NCBI GenBank assembly: GCA_964188305.1
Contig: OZ076890.1
Direction: 5' to 3' (one strand)
Origin: Podarcis bocagei
Lineage: Eukaryota
Length of the DNA: 64,000 nucleotides
The notes beneath the pieces are model-generated. The model did not search any database and was not told the DNA's origin. It saw nothing but the letters and a program-made list of their open reading frames with translations. The first letter of the stretch is position 1. Each line of letters begins with the position of its first letter. The position numbers and the translations under genes were made by a program. Shown here one piece after another: positions 36,872 through 49,281 of this stretch.

Positions 36872-38113
36872 CTTGGAGAGAATGTATGGAAAGGAAAACA
36901 AACCAGTTAGCATTACATGGAAAGAAGACAAGAAGACAGCAATGTGAATTTTTATTTCCTCCTTTAATACTTTTTCTTAACGCTGGAATAAATTACTTCT
37001 CTAAAAACTATTTCTATGTCAGCAGCTAGGTTTGTTCCCCACCCCACCTCCCAGGGAACTGAGGAACAGATAAGAGAAGTAGGGATGGAGTCTGCATTCC
37101 AAGGCAAAATTACTTAACTCACTTTCTGAAACAATATGTGAACTGAAACGCAACTATCCTTTGAAATTCAGACTTCTTGGAATTTTGCTGTGCAGTTCTC
37201 CAGACAAGTAAAGTGCACAAAATGCATTTACTAGGCTAAAATGTGCATAGAAATGCATTTATTAATGGAAATAACATACCAAAATGCATTTATTAATGGA
37301 AATAACATACCAAAATGCATTACGTTAAGGAAAATTACTTGCAAAATGACTTTAATAATAATAATCACAATAATCATAAAAATCTTAGCCCTTGGAACCA
37401 ATACTAGCTCCAGCCTCCAAAAGTGGGGTATGCTAACATCAGTCCTCCTTTTCCTTCAGGTGAGGACAATTCTCAAGGCTTGGAGTATAAATATTATTTA
37501 GGGAGATAAGGGAGCATCCCAGTGATGCCTGTCCCTCCCAGGCACCAGGGCTGTTGATTTCTTGCAGTCTCCCTAGGCTTGGAGATGTAGCACGACAACA
37601 AACTTCCCTCAGCATCTGTATTAGAGACTTGGCTGGGCTACATGTTCTGCTTGCTTCTAGGAAATGGAAGCTTAGGAACTAGCCAAGGTCCGCACAGAAT
37701 GTTCCAGACTTGCATTTATATCTCCCTGTCAGCCATTTGGAGTATTTTTTATTTTTATTTTTTGAGTTTCAACACTATTTACAAAGATACAGTAAAAACA
37801 ACTAAAACAGTTTGTTTTAATAGAAAAAACAAAACAAAATAAGATGGACTTAAAAACAATACAAAATAAACACCTTTACACCGAGCTGGGAAAGCTTGTT
37901 GAAACAAAAATGTCTTCAATGGTTTCTGGAAATTACAAATAGTGGACAGCTGCCGTATCTCAACAGAGGTGCTGTTCCACAGAACAGGGACAGCTGTTCT
38001 GAAAGCCTTGCTCCATCTTACAATGGAGTGTGTTCCTGAAATAGTGTTGGCATGTTGAGGAATGCAGCAGCCCACCAATCCCATCCAAGAAAACCCAACA
38101 CACGCCAGAGTAC

Positions 38114-38248
38114 CTAGTTCTAAAAGTTTCTTGACACAGTCTGTCCTTTGATTCACGCAGGCCACATACAGTACTGTTCCATGCTGTGGGTTTTCTTGGT
38201 CCACATCAACACCATTGGCTAAAAGAATTTCCATACATTCCCTGTGGC
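38114..38248 (-). CDS. ASB11: ASB11 exon 5
   Basis: GHRECMEILLANGVDVDQENPQHGTVLYVACVNQRTDCVKKLLEL. 135 nt. Confidence 0.95.
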
Positions 38249-38302
38249 CTATGTAAACACAGAGGAGAAAACCTTGTTGAACTATAGAGCAGCAAGTGGC
38301 CT

Positions 38303-38653
38303 AAAGGTAAAGGGACCCCAGGCCATTAGGTCCAGTTGTGGCCGACTCTGGGGTTGCAGCGCTCATCTCACTTTATTGGCCGAGGGAGTCGGCGTACAGC
38401 TTCCTTGTCATGTGGCCAGCATGACTAAGCCGCTTCTGGTGAACCAGAGCAGCGCACAGAAACGCCATTTACCTTCCCACTGGAGCAGTAACTATTTATC
38501 TACTTGCACTTTGATGTGCTTTCAAACTGCTAGGTTGGCAGGAGCAGGGACTGAGCAATGGGAGCTCACCCCGTCGCAGGGATTCGAACCGCCGACCTTC
38601 TGATTGGCAAGTCCTAGGCTCTGTGGTTTAACTCACAGCGCCACCCACGTCCC
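38303..38653 (-). mobile_element. Sauria-SINE-like element
   Basis: Reverse complement of the 24359-24712 family. Confidence 0.85.
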
Positions 38654-39270
38654 TAGAAACCCTCTAAATGCTCTCTAACTAGACACTCCTAAACCCCATT
38701 GACCTGAATCCTGCCTCTGAAGAATGATGTGGGATGGACTGCTTAACCCTTCCCCCACAGCCATTTTTCTACTCAAAATTTCGTCCAGCTGCTTCCCTTC
38801 CCTTTGTTTATGTATTGTATTTCTTTGTCACACAATCACTGTTTGCCCACCAATTTCCTGCCCAAATTCCACACACACCTTGTTTCTATTTACTTATTTA
38901 GAAAGGTTTTGTCCCCATCCTCTTCCTTGCTGAGTTCTACAATGGTTAACACTGTGACTTAGGTGGAAGATGAGGAAGCTGACAGGCAGGATCCACGCCT
39001 GGGCTGGTTGAAGACTGAGGTTGGTGAGGCAGCCTCTAGTGACCCTGAGTCTCCCTGCATCACCAATGAAGCTTAATGCCTCTGATAACTGTTTATGGCT
39101 TTCTACCTGCTCTGCTCATCAACAGTGGCCCAGAATTGGGAGGGCAGGGGGAATGGGCTGGACCCACCTTGTTAGGCAGTCAATTGGAATCTCACTTGGG
39201 ACCGACAAGCTCTGCAGAGCATCTGACATTCTTGTATCTAGTTAAAATTATCCCAAACCACTACTGTTAC

Positions 39271-39421
39271 CTCTCTTGACAGCTTCATGAATCGGGGAAG
39301 CAAAATGATTCTCCAGTTGCGGCCGGGCACCAAATTCAAGCAGCATATCGACGGTAGGGGCACTGCCACAACGGCAAGCATTAAACAGAGGTGTGATCCC
39401 ATCTAAAGTGACTGCATTCAC
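39271..39421 (-). CDS. ASB11: ASB11 exon 4
   Basis: VNAVTLDGITPLFNACRCGSAPTVDMLLEFGARPQLENHFASPIHEAVKR. 151 nt. Confidence 0.95.
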
Positions 39422-39623
39422 CTGCAACACAGAACAAAGACAAGACTGAGGGTGTGGGTGGATGCTGTTAGAGAGTCAAGCACTTCTTGTTATTGATTTC
39501 TTTTTATGGTATTTGTGCCTACTTTTAACTCTTCCATTTTGATTATCTTCTTGGACATTCCCAATAATACAAAATGCACACAGTTCCCCTGTTAGATCCC
39601 ATTTTGAAGCAGCATCTCTCATA

Positions 39624-39849
39624 CAGTGGTACCTCAGGTTAAGAACTTAATTCGTTCTGGAGGTCCGTTCTTAACCTGAAACTGTTCTTAACCTGAAGCA
39701 CCACTTTAGCCAATGGAGCCTTCTGCTGCCGCCGCGGCACCACAGTACAATTTCTGTTCTCATCCTGAGGCAAAGTTCTTAACCTGAGGTACTATTTCTG
39801 GGTTAGCGGAGTCTGTAACCTGAAGCATCTGTAACCCGAGGTACCACTG
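39624..39849. mobile_element. Tigger/pogo-like MITE
   Basis: Same TIRs and TA TSD as 1958-2166, in the opposite orientation. Confidence 0.8.
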
Positions 39850-40043
39850 TACAGGAAAGCAGAGGCATAGCTACAGGGGGCTAGCAAGGTTTTTTGCCCT
39901 GGGTGACTCCTCCAGAGGGGCAACCATTGAAGCTCCCAGCCTCTGTGTGCATACACAAATGCACGTGGAGGGTGTGCCAAACTGGGGCTTTGACCCTGTT
40001 GAAATAAAGCCTAGTTTAACCAGGAGGTCATGGTAGTACTCAC

Positions 40044-40151
40044 CCGAGCACCATGTTCCAGTAACACTTTTGCACAAGCAACATGGCCACCCAAGCAAGC
40101 CTCGTGAAGAGCAGTAACATGGTCTATTGTAACAATGTTCACATTGAACCC
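40044..40151 (-). CDS. ASB11: ASB11 exon 3
   Basis: GFNVNIVTIDHVTALHEACLGGHVACAKVLLEHGAR. 108 nt. Confidence 0.95.
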
Positions 40152-40745
40152 CTACAGTTGAGAACAAAAGGTATGGATAATAATCAGTTCCAAAATAATA
40201 ATAATGTATAGCTACACGGATTTAATATTGGCTTGAATTAAAACACCCTTTTCCAGTGGTTAGATTTGTGGTTCAGCAAAATTTAATCTGCAAGAGTTCT
40301 CCCAGAACAAGCATAGTTTAAGCAATCCAATTTCTCTAACTGAAGAGAGATTGGATGCAAGAGGTATAAAATATCGGCCTGCTACTTACCTACTTCATGG
40401 GGCTCTTGTGAGAATAAAATAGAGGGAACATGTATACCACTCTGCATTACTTCAAGGAAAGGTGAAATAAAAATGCAATTTTAAAAATAATTTTTAAAAA
40501 CTCTTTACACAGCAGCATTACTCAGCAATAGAGCCTTCTCCACAATATGAACTAATTGATGTGCTCAGTTCCCCTGGAAACAGAATTTTATGGGGAATCA
40601 GTGTGAAGACAGGTAAGTAGAGAATATGGTAAGAAATTTATTAATAAATCACCCATTGTCTCCTTATGGATGCTGAACTGGTGTGAGCATGAGCAAAGTT
40701 TGTGAAGAAAAATTGCATTGGGAGAAAAAGAACTATGAACACGGC

Positions 40746-40890
40746 CAGTGGCGTAGCGTGGGGGGTGCAGGGGGGCTGGCCGCACCGGGCGCAACATCTG
40801 GGGGTTAGGGTTAGGGGGCGCAAATCCACGGGTTAGGGGGCGCAAATTACTTGCTTGCCCCGGGTGCTGACAACCCACGCTACACCACTG
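40746..40890. mobile_element. GC-rich hAT MITE
   Basis: TIRs CAGTGGCGTAGCG...CGCTACACCACTG with 8-bp TSD AACACGGC/AACGCGGC. A sister copy lies at 58532-58686. Confidence 0.8.
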
Positions 40891-41332
40891 AACGCGGCTG
40901 CTTCTAAAGAATTCATGGTTTTGGACTTCTGCTACGCCAACACTTCAAGCTGCAGTCTAGAACTTATCCCTCTCTTGTGTCTTTCCAAAAAATTGACACT
41001 TTCACCACTACAATAAACAGATCTGGAAAAGGAGGGGGATTTTTGTTTCTAAATCTTGGTGAAAACACCCTGGGCAACCTGCAGTCATTGTGTGAATTGG
41101 CCCTAAGTTTATTCCCTTTCATGCAATCTTTGCAAGCTCTGCTCAGTTCAGTTTTGAATTTGCACACTCAACACTGAATTTATTTGTGTAGTCTGTATGC
41201 ATTGTTGTGAATAGAATGTTTGGGGTGCAATCCTATACACATTTAACCTGAGGGCAAGTCTCATTGCTGCTCAGTAGACATGTAGGATTGCATTGTAAAA
41301 TCAGGGAAGTACGGTATATTAGGGTTTCTTAC

Positions 41333-41412
41333 CTGTGCTATCAAGGTTTTCAATGAGAGGAGGCGCCCTTGAAAGGCGGCTTCGTGAAGGGGAGATCTGT
41401 CTGCCCATGAGC
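41333..41412 (-). CDS. ASB11: ASB11 exon 2
   Basis: GSWADRSPLHEAAFQGRLLSLKTLIAQ. 80 nt. Confidence 0.95.
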
Positions 41413-41454
41413 CTAAAACAAGATCACTGAAAGATAAGTCTATAGAACAGAGAT

Positions 41455-41640
41455 CCCTGCTCCTGCCAACCTAGCAGTTTGAAAGCACATCAAAGTGCAA
41501 GTAGATAAATAGGTACGGCTCTGGCAGGAAGCTAAACAGCGTTTCCATGCGCTGCTCCCTTGGCCAATAAAGCGAGATGAGCACCACAACCCCAGAGTCA
41601 GTCACAACTGGACCTAATGGTCAGGGGTCCCTTTACCTTT
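41455..41640 (+). mobile_element. Sauria-SINE-like fragment (5'-truncated, internally deleted)
   Basis: Matches the 3' half of 24359-24712, with the CCTTTACCTTT tail. Confidence 0.8.
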
Positions 41641-41777
41641 AAATACAATTATGCCCCTTTTTATAGAGGAATGTTATTTGGGCATTTCTTGAGGGAAAAT
41701 GGCATCCTCAAGTTCTCTCCTTTGCTACAACATGCAGGATCACTTTCTGCCCAGAAACCTTGGATAGGTAGTATATA

Positions 41778-41818
<41 letters not shown>

Positions 41819-42992
41819 CCATGCTCTGATATCATCATATATATGTTCCTCCACTCACCATCATCAGTGGCCCAATGCAAATTATTTTGCTTTAACATGG
41901 AGCAGGGAACAGTGTCTGAACCGAGCATTAGGTCGTTATCTCCCCCACCTCCCGTAGGCCAAATTTAACAAGTAGGTGGGGCCACCCGCCTGTCGATTGC
42001 CTGACAACATAATGAAATCAAGCCACGTGGGCTGCACAAAAAGCACTTTTCAAAGCACTCTGCACAACCTGACCATCAGCCAGTTGTCATGTCTCGCAAA
42101 ACCTATTGCAAGACCCCAGTAGAGAGCCATTTGAAACACTTTGCAAGACTCATCAATCAGAAACTGGTGACTAGACTTCTGTTCCTTCACGGCCCATTTG
42201 GAGTCAATAAGAAAGGAGAGAGAGAGAGAGAGAGAACAACCATACTTCTGTTGTGATCTCGTGCATGCATACAGGGCTGTCTTTACCCGGGGGTGCAAGG
42301 GGCGCCAAATGTTTACCTCTCTATCAGTGGCAGTGAAAAGCAATGGAGCGTAAGTCCCCACCCCTCCTCCATTGCTCTGTTACTCCATAGCATCAAACAA
42401 AAGCAGTTTTTTTCTGCTGCACCATTGTTACAGGTGAGCAAAACCCCCCCCCAAAGTCAACAACTTTGAGTTCACCCCCCTAAAAAAGGGGGCTCTGGGC
42501 CGATCTTTGCACCCCGGCGACGCATATGCTAAAGATGGCCCTACATGCACATCTAGCAGTCAAATCCCACTGAGCACAGTGTGACTTACTTCTGAATAAA
42601 TAGGTGCACTCAGTAAATCCATGTAATTCTTATTGTGATATATAGCAGTTGGAGCAGGGGCTCCAGTTACATTAAGCAGAACCGTGCCAGTTCTGTGATT
42701 AATTGATATCACCTTCCATTTTCCGTAACTTGGGTTTGGCTCTCTTTATACTCTTAAGCCATGAAGCTCAAAGGAGCAAATATTGCCTTACCTGTGATGC
42801 TGCAAACAAGAGATGCATTAACGTACAAAATAGCACGAAATGTGAGGGTTAAATATAACCATGAAAACAAGAACAGGCCCAGGCTATAAATATCTGTACG
42901 TGTCCGTCTTTTAAGTACAAGCTTTCTACATGCAGCTGCTTAATGTATTTGCACAAAGAGAGCTGTAGTTTTCTAAGCAACCTAGAACATAC

Positions 42993-43083
42993 CTCCTTGA
43001 AACATATGACAAATATAATTCCCATAAGGTACACCTCTTAAGGCTCCAGGTACTGAAGGCATCCCGGAAACGGTATTTTTCAT
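42993..43083 (-). CDS. ASB11: ASB11 alternative first exon 1b
   Basis: MKNTVSGMPSVPGALRGVPYGNYICHMFQG|gtatgt. 91 nt, phase 1. It resembles the human alternative N-terminus ...GDYICHTFQG. Confidence 0.8.
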
Positions 43084-44433
43084 GAAGCTCTGAGAGTAAA
43101 TGCAGCAGCGCTGGACAGCATTACTTTAAAGCTTAGCGGTAACGATGTGTAAGTAATCTAATCGAGGTCAGAGCTGGTGGTCAGGTGGTGTTTTGAAAAA
43201 CGATACTCAGTTTGACAGACTGGCAAAAGGCAACGTGGCAGAGAAAAAGAGCGTAGATAACCAATACCTTTTCGTCTGAATTGTTTTTATTTTATTTTTT
43301 TAAGCCTTCAGTGAGGGAAACTGATGTGTTTGAAAATAAACATATGCTACCTTATAGAATTGCAGAGATAAGTGGGAACTGCAGGCCATAAAATGTAGAG
43401 AGATTAATAATATCATTCATAACCATTACTGCTTCTGACAGATTTACTGACTCCGACGGGACAGCTCATTGATACTTATGTAGCCTAGACACAAATAAAT
43501 TATACCTAATAAATATTATAATTGCATCATTTACAGATCATTTTGTCTCCATGACTGATGTTTGAAAAACCACATTGTTGCAATTGTGTATTTAAAAGCA
43601 GTTTTTCTCCCCTGTTCATGTTTGACATTGCAGATTAAAATTTGTAGCGTGCACAACTTTGTATTTGCAAGGCTATGAGAATGCCTAGGAAATAAGCCGG
43701 CGATAATGGAAGATTTTTGATAATGTCAGTTTAAATGATGTTAAAACCCCCTATCCCTGCATTCTCCATCATTTTATTGCCATGGATGAATCATAAGTAG
43801 CCAGGACTGCGATGAACCCAGAAGGACATTAAGTCAACACATCTGGCCAAAGACCCAAGCTTAACATTTTGTGATTCATTCACATATAGTAAAGTTGTAA
43901 ACTTGCTGCCCTGCTTGGCAGAGAAAGCAGGAACAATCCAGTTTCATCCCTCCAATAAAAGCGAGCCAAGCCACGTGCAACTGCTGTTCAAGCAGACATT
44001 TTACTCTCCCAGCAAGTGTCTTCTTTCAGAAAAGGCATATTCTAAATCTTTCACATTTTTGTACGCATAATGATGCAACAGACCCACAATAAGACCGTAT
44101 TAAATAAATACCGAAATAGTTTAAATAGCAGCATTGCAGAATTCTGGCTTTTAAAATAATAATAACAATAAAAAGAAAACCTTATTTCCTATAACAAAAA
44201 TAAATATCACCTTATATTGAAGCACATTGGTTTTCCCTGCTAATCTTTAATTCTTCATCTTAGACATATTCATTCTAGCTTATGCTTGTATTAACAAAAT
44301 CATACACACATTTATATTTCCAACCGGCTTGATTACAATGCAGTCATGAGTATCAATTTTTGACAATTTCAGTGATTTTTTGGGTTTTTTTTAGATCAGT
44401 TAGTTTTTTAAATATTTATCTCTACAATTTTAC

Positions 44434-44611
44434 CTGGGGCTATTCCATAGATCTCTTCTGCTATCCTTGCAGCCTCTTTCCTGTTCCCTTTCACAATATA
44501 GAAATGGGTCAGTAAAGCCAAAGAGATTTTGATTAAGAGCTTGAAACAAAACAAAGCAAAGATTGCAAAATAAATGTTATTGAAAGCATTGAGTATCGTA
44601 CTGCCTTCCAT
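44434..44611 (-). CDS. ASB11: ASB11 first exon 1a (hydrophobic N-terminus)
   Basis: MEGSTILNAFNNIYFAIFALFCFKLLIKISLALLTHFYIVKGNRKEAARIAEEIYGIAP. 178 nt. It matches human FKLLIKVFLALLTHFYIVKGNRKEAARIAEEIYG. Confidence 0.93.
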
Positions 44612-47049
44612 TTTGTTTTGCCCTTTGTATAACTTCACAGGTCTCCTAAGTTACATTCACTATTATTGGTATCATATGACATCTATTTTAAACTCTCCGG
44701 CCGCTGATGTTCCTCTGTTACCAAAAATACACCCTGTTTTTGTCCCAAGCAAGCTATTGATATTAAATAACAATGCTTAGGATTAAAAAAAAGCTTAATG
44801 CTTTTCTCTTCCTGTTCAGATTTGTGCAAATTCATGTTTATTTCATCCATGTTTATTTCATCCCACTGTATTCTATTTGTATATTCCATTTTAATATTTG
44901 TTAAAAGAGGAACAATCTGCCCTGTGATCTCACAAGGAAACACTGCATTCAGCATTCCTAAATTTATATAGTAATTTATTTAGGTTTGAGCTAATTTTTA
45001 TGGACATTTGCATAGAACATTTTCTTTTAATTCGTATGTTTCGAAGTTGCAGTGTCTTAGGAACCTGTTAATAATGTCCAGACAACACTAGGTGGAGCTA
45101 TTGGAATACAACATTTTCCTGTGTAATCTGTCACAGTGTGGCAGGCCGAAAGAAAGGTTTATGCCTACTTACCGTAGTCTAGATCAGTTTACATCCACAA
45201 GACATTAATGAAAGTGGTCAGTTAATTGCCCTTAACACTAAAAGGAGATTAGCCCATATATGATAATTTGCTGCAAGCTACTGCAAAAAAAATTGCAAGC
45301 CATTATCATTGCATGAATTTCTGGCCCCCAAAATTGCCATTCTGTGAAAGCCATTTTCCAAATTGCATTTAACTCCCCCATCTACCTCATCACAAGTGAG
45401 TCTTACGGAGAAAGAGAACCATTTGGACAAATGTCAAACCACTTTGTGAGGGGAAAAAGCTAAGTGCTTGTTTTTTCCACAGCCTTCTTTAGTGATGCCA
45501 GAATTGAACCTGGTACATTTGGTACATTTTATTCTTTATTTATTGAATTTATATATCGCCCTATACCTAGGGGTCTTACTACTGTGCCTTACTACTAAGA
45601 TACAGTCCTTTCCCTTAAAGAAGCTAGTATTTGAAAAACACAGTACTGGCTTTCTCAGCCGCCAAACCTTTAAACCAGAGGCAAGGAACCTGTGCCCATT
45701 CATGCTGGGCTTCAGCTCCCAGCAGACCCAGCCAACAGAGCCAAAGGGAGATTTCAGTCCATTTTAAATAGCAGACTTGGGGTTGGGAGTGAGATCCAAT
45801 TCCGATCATGGCTGGGGTGGAGGCAAAAGGTTCAAGCTCCCATCCCCACATGGCATAGTCCTGATCTAGTGCATTATTCTCCTTATGGCCTCGGGCCGTA
45901 TATATCCAGTGGATCACTCACACAGGTGAGGGATGGTCTCCTGTAAATACCACTGTTATCAGCAAGTCCCTTCCGCACAATGGAAGAATTAAGCCTTTCC
46001 TGCTGTGGCGCCTTACCTTTGGAATTCCCTCCCCTTGAATATTAGGAAGGTGCCATTTTTGACGCCTTCTCAGCGCCTGCTTAAGACCTTCCCTCCTGTT
46101 AAGTTGAGATCTTTCCTCATCTGCATCTGTACTGGAATTGTTTTTAAGGTAATTTTATTGTTGCATCTCTTAGAAGCCATCCTAGGCTCCTTTGGGAGCA
46201 GGGTGTAAAGTAATAAGAAGGCTAATTGCAATGCAGATGAGTGGTTTTGGAGAGGATTACATCTGGAGGGAAGGGTGAAACCTTCCCTAGCATCAAATAA
46301 AAAATCCCCTGCTGCAGGGTTAGCATTTAGCTTCACCCCAAGTCTTACCACATGAGTGGTAGAACAGAATTCTTTAAAAAGGAGGAGTGTGGGGACATTT
46401 TTATTCCATGTGTATGGAATGAAAGGATGCACAGGAAAACCTCTAGTCGTAGTTCATTCCTTCTGACCAAGCTTGCCATAGAAATTATACACGTCACTGC
46501 ATATTACTTAATAACTGGTACCTTTATTTTTCTATATACATTTTAAATATGGCACATCAGACAGTAGTTCTAGGATAAACCCAAATAATAAAACACAGAT
46601 AGACAGTAGATCGAATCATTCAGTGCTGAATGCATTAGGGAACCAAATTTTAGAAGGTCTGGAAAAGTTGGTCTAAAAAGAAATATGACCAATAAGCAGG
46701 TTGAAGGCATAGAACTATTCTCTGCATTTCAAAGTTGCTTCGTAAAGATATCCCCATTGCTGCTAACATGCCGCTTTCTTTTTCATACAACATCAATGAA
46801 CGTAGGTCTTTCTGGTAGTCTGTTACAGAACAAGGATAAAGTTTGTTGTAGCATATATCAGCAGTCAGGTGGCAATGTCCTTGCAGATCCATTCGCCGTC
46901 TTAATAACGAAGACAGACTGGATTTTAATTGTATTTTTTAGCAGTAAAGCCACCCATATCCATGATCATTATTGTTTAACAGTCAATGGTGGGCAGCTAC
47001 TTTGCAAAGCAGTGTGGTAGTGGTAGTACAGGAGATAACAAAAGCTCAG

Positions 47050-47176
47050 TCATGGTGTTTCTCTGCTTTGGGACCCGTGAGGACTTCTTCCCCCTCTTGG
47101 GCGGCAACAGTGCCTCGAGCAGGCCGGCCGAGCGGTTGGGCACATTCTGGCTTGGAATGGGCATTTGTCTTCACAG
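47050..47176 (-). CDS. VEGFD: VEGFD last exon (7)
   Basis: SCEDKCPFQARMCPTARPACSRHCCRPRGGRSPHGSQSRETP*. 127 nt. Confidence 0.9.
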
Positions 47177-47471
47177 CTGTTTGAAGACAGTAAGTCAGAG
47201 AAGACAATGTGGTAAGTGCACCCTTCTGTTCCATGGAGTATGTACAGGAACGCATGAAAAGACTATGTCCATTACGGTCATGTGAAGGGAGGTACAGAAT
47301 GGCTCCACATTGCATGGAAGATCTTCATTCATTATCATTTTGTTACATGGGAGATTTACGTGCTACACAAGCCCTATCATTTAGTACAAATTTCAACCCG
47401 GGGTGGGAATCAATCAACCTGGCTGTGGACCAAGCATGCCGCATAGAACTCAAATGTAATGGAAGGCTTAC

Positions 47472-47638
47472 CTGCATGTTTCTGCATTAAACTCCTTGTG
47501 TTTCTGAAGGCAGCTGTCTTGGTTCTCCATACACAAGTAACAGCTGCAGTTCTCTTTGTTCTGAAATAAATTGCCAGTGCATTTCCATTTACAGGTGCAC
47601 TCACAATTTTCCTCATCAAAGTTCATATTTGGTGCACA
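47472..47638 (-). CDS. VEGFD: VEGFD exon 6, conserved portion (5' boundary defective in this sequence)
   Basis: CAPNMNFDEENCECTCKWKCTGNLFQNKENCSCYLCMENQDSCLQKHKEFNAETC|gtaagc. No in-frame AG acceptor upstream (see findings). Confidence 0.8.
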
Positions 47639-47807
47639 TGAGAGAGATAAAGGGTGTCACTCAAAGGTAATATCCTGCAGGTGTACAGCAAGACTTGAAC
47701 TTAACCTATAAAATGCACTATTTATGGCACTGTGAGTCCAGAAATCTGAACTCCTATTAACCTGCCATTAAAACAATGGAATCCACAGCTTGAAAAGAAT
47801 GTAACTA

Positions 47808-48036
47808 CAGTGGTACCTTGGGTTAAGAACTTAATTCGTTCCAGAGGTCCGTTCTTAAGCTGAAACTGTTCTTAACCTGAGGTACCACTTTAGCCAATGG
47901 GGCCTCCCGCTGCTGCTGCTGCGCCGCCGCCACACAATTTCTGTTCTCATCCTGAAACAAAGTTCTTAACCTGAGGTACTATTTCTGGGTTAGTGGAGTC
48001 TGTAACCTGAAGCGTCTGTAACCCGAGGTACCACTG
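47808..48036. mobile_element. Tigger/pogo-like MITE
   Basis: Same TIRs and TA TSD as 1958-2166. Confidence 0.8.
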
Positions 48037-49000
48037 TATAATGAAGTTGATATTCTAGCAGAAATAAACAGAGTCTGTATGGATACGGACTTTAAAGGTC
48101 ATGACAGCAATATACATACATTTAAAGTGTACCGCACACCCCAAGTATTCTAGGAACTGCAGTTCCCCCCTGCAGCACTATGTGTATGATGTATACACAG
48201 CCATTTTCTAGGGTGTGTGTTTTTTTCAGTTGGGCTCTAAAGAGCTAGCTTAGCCTGGCTTTGCAGGCTTTTTGCCTTCCCCCTTTTGAATAGAAGACCC
48301 TAATGACAATTTCACAAACTCCTCCTTAGTTTCTCCCACATGGTTTGCTTTGTGGCATGGGGCGGTGAGGTTGTTTAGGAAAAACAAAGTGCAAAGCACC
48401 CTTGAACATCTGGCGCTAGCTGTGCAGCGCTTTTGGTCCAGGTCATTAATTGCAATCACAATTATCTGGAGTTGCTTCTCTTCCTGGGGTGGGGCAGTAT
48501 TTGTCTCAGCAATGGCTAGAAATCACTTGGTAAGTATTTTCTTCCCACCCGCTTTGAACATCAGATTCTCAATGCCATATCATAAGGAAATTGCTCTTGA
48601 AACTTGCCCAGATTTTACTATCTTTCCAGGTGCACATAGCCTAGGATAATCAATGATGATGATGATGATGATGATGATCCCGCTGTGCATGCAAAGTTGG
48701 GTGGGAGTATCTGGGAGGAGGAGAAATGCTTTGCTTCAAATGAAGGAGTGTTACTTCTGTCTGACTGAGCTTCTCATTTCAGTTTATTCTAGTAAAAGCA
48801 AAATGCTTTTAACTACCAATCTGTCCAGATTTACTCTTTTGTTCCTGGATGCAGAGTTACAGAAGTGTGTGGGGGGGGGGTCACCTCCGCCCACCTATTT
48901 CAGTTTCATAATGTTGTTGTTCATAATGTTGTTATGTTGTTCTTTTAACTGGTCCAGATTTCAATATTAAAGTGTGTATATAAGTAGTACTAGTATATAC

Positions 49001-49098
49001 CTTCCCTTCTGCCAGGACGATCTTTGTCTACAACACATTCACATTTATCGCTGTCCCACATCCAGCCACTACGACACAGTTTGTTTATTTGGGGGCAA
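49001..49098 (-). CDS. VEGFD: VEGFD exon 5
   Basis: CPQINKLCRSGWMWDSDKCECVVDKDRPGRRE. 98 nt, phase 2 to 1. Confidence 0.9.
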
Positions 49099-49281
49099 CT
49101 AGAAGGAAACAAAAGACCAAATAAATATGTTAAGAACACATTTAAAAAGTAACTGATGTATACACACCGCTTCGTTATATGTTTCTTATGGAAGTGTGGT
49201 ATATAAATATTCAAATAAATACATGCAAAAATGGCATTTGAGAGCCAGCTTGGCGGGGGGAGGGGGCTAGTCAAATTAATT

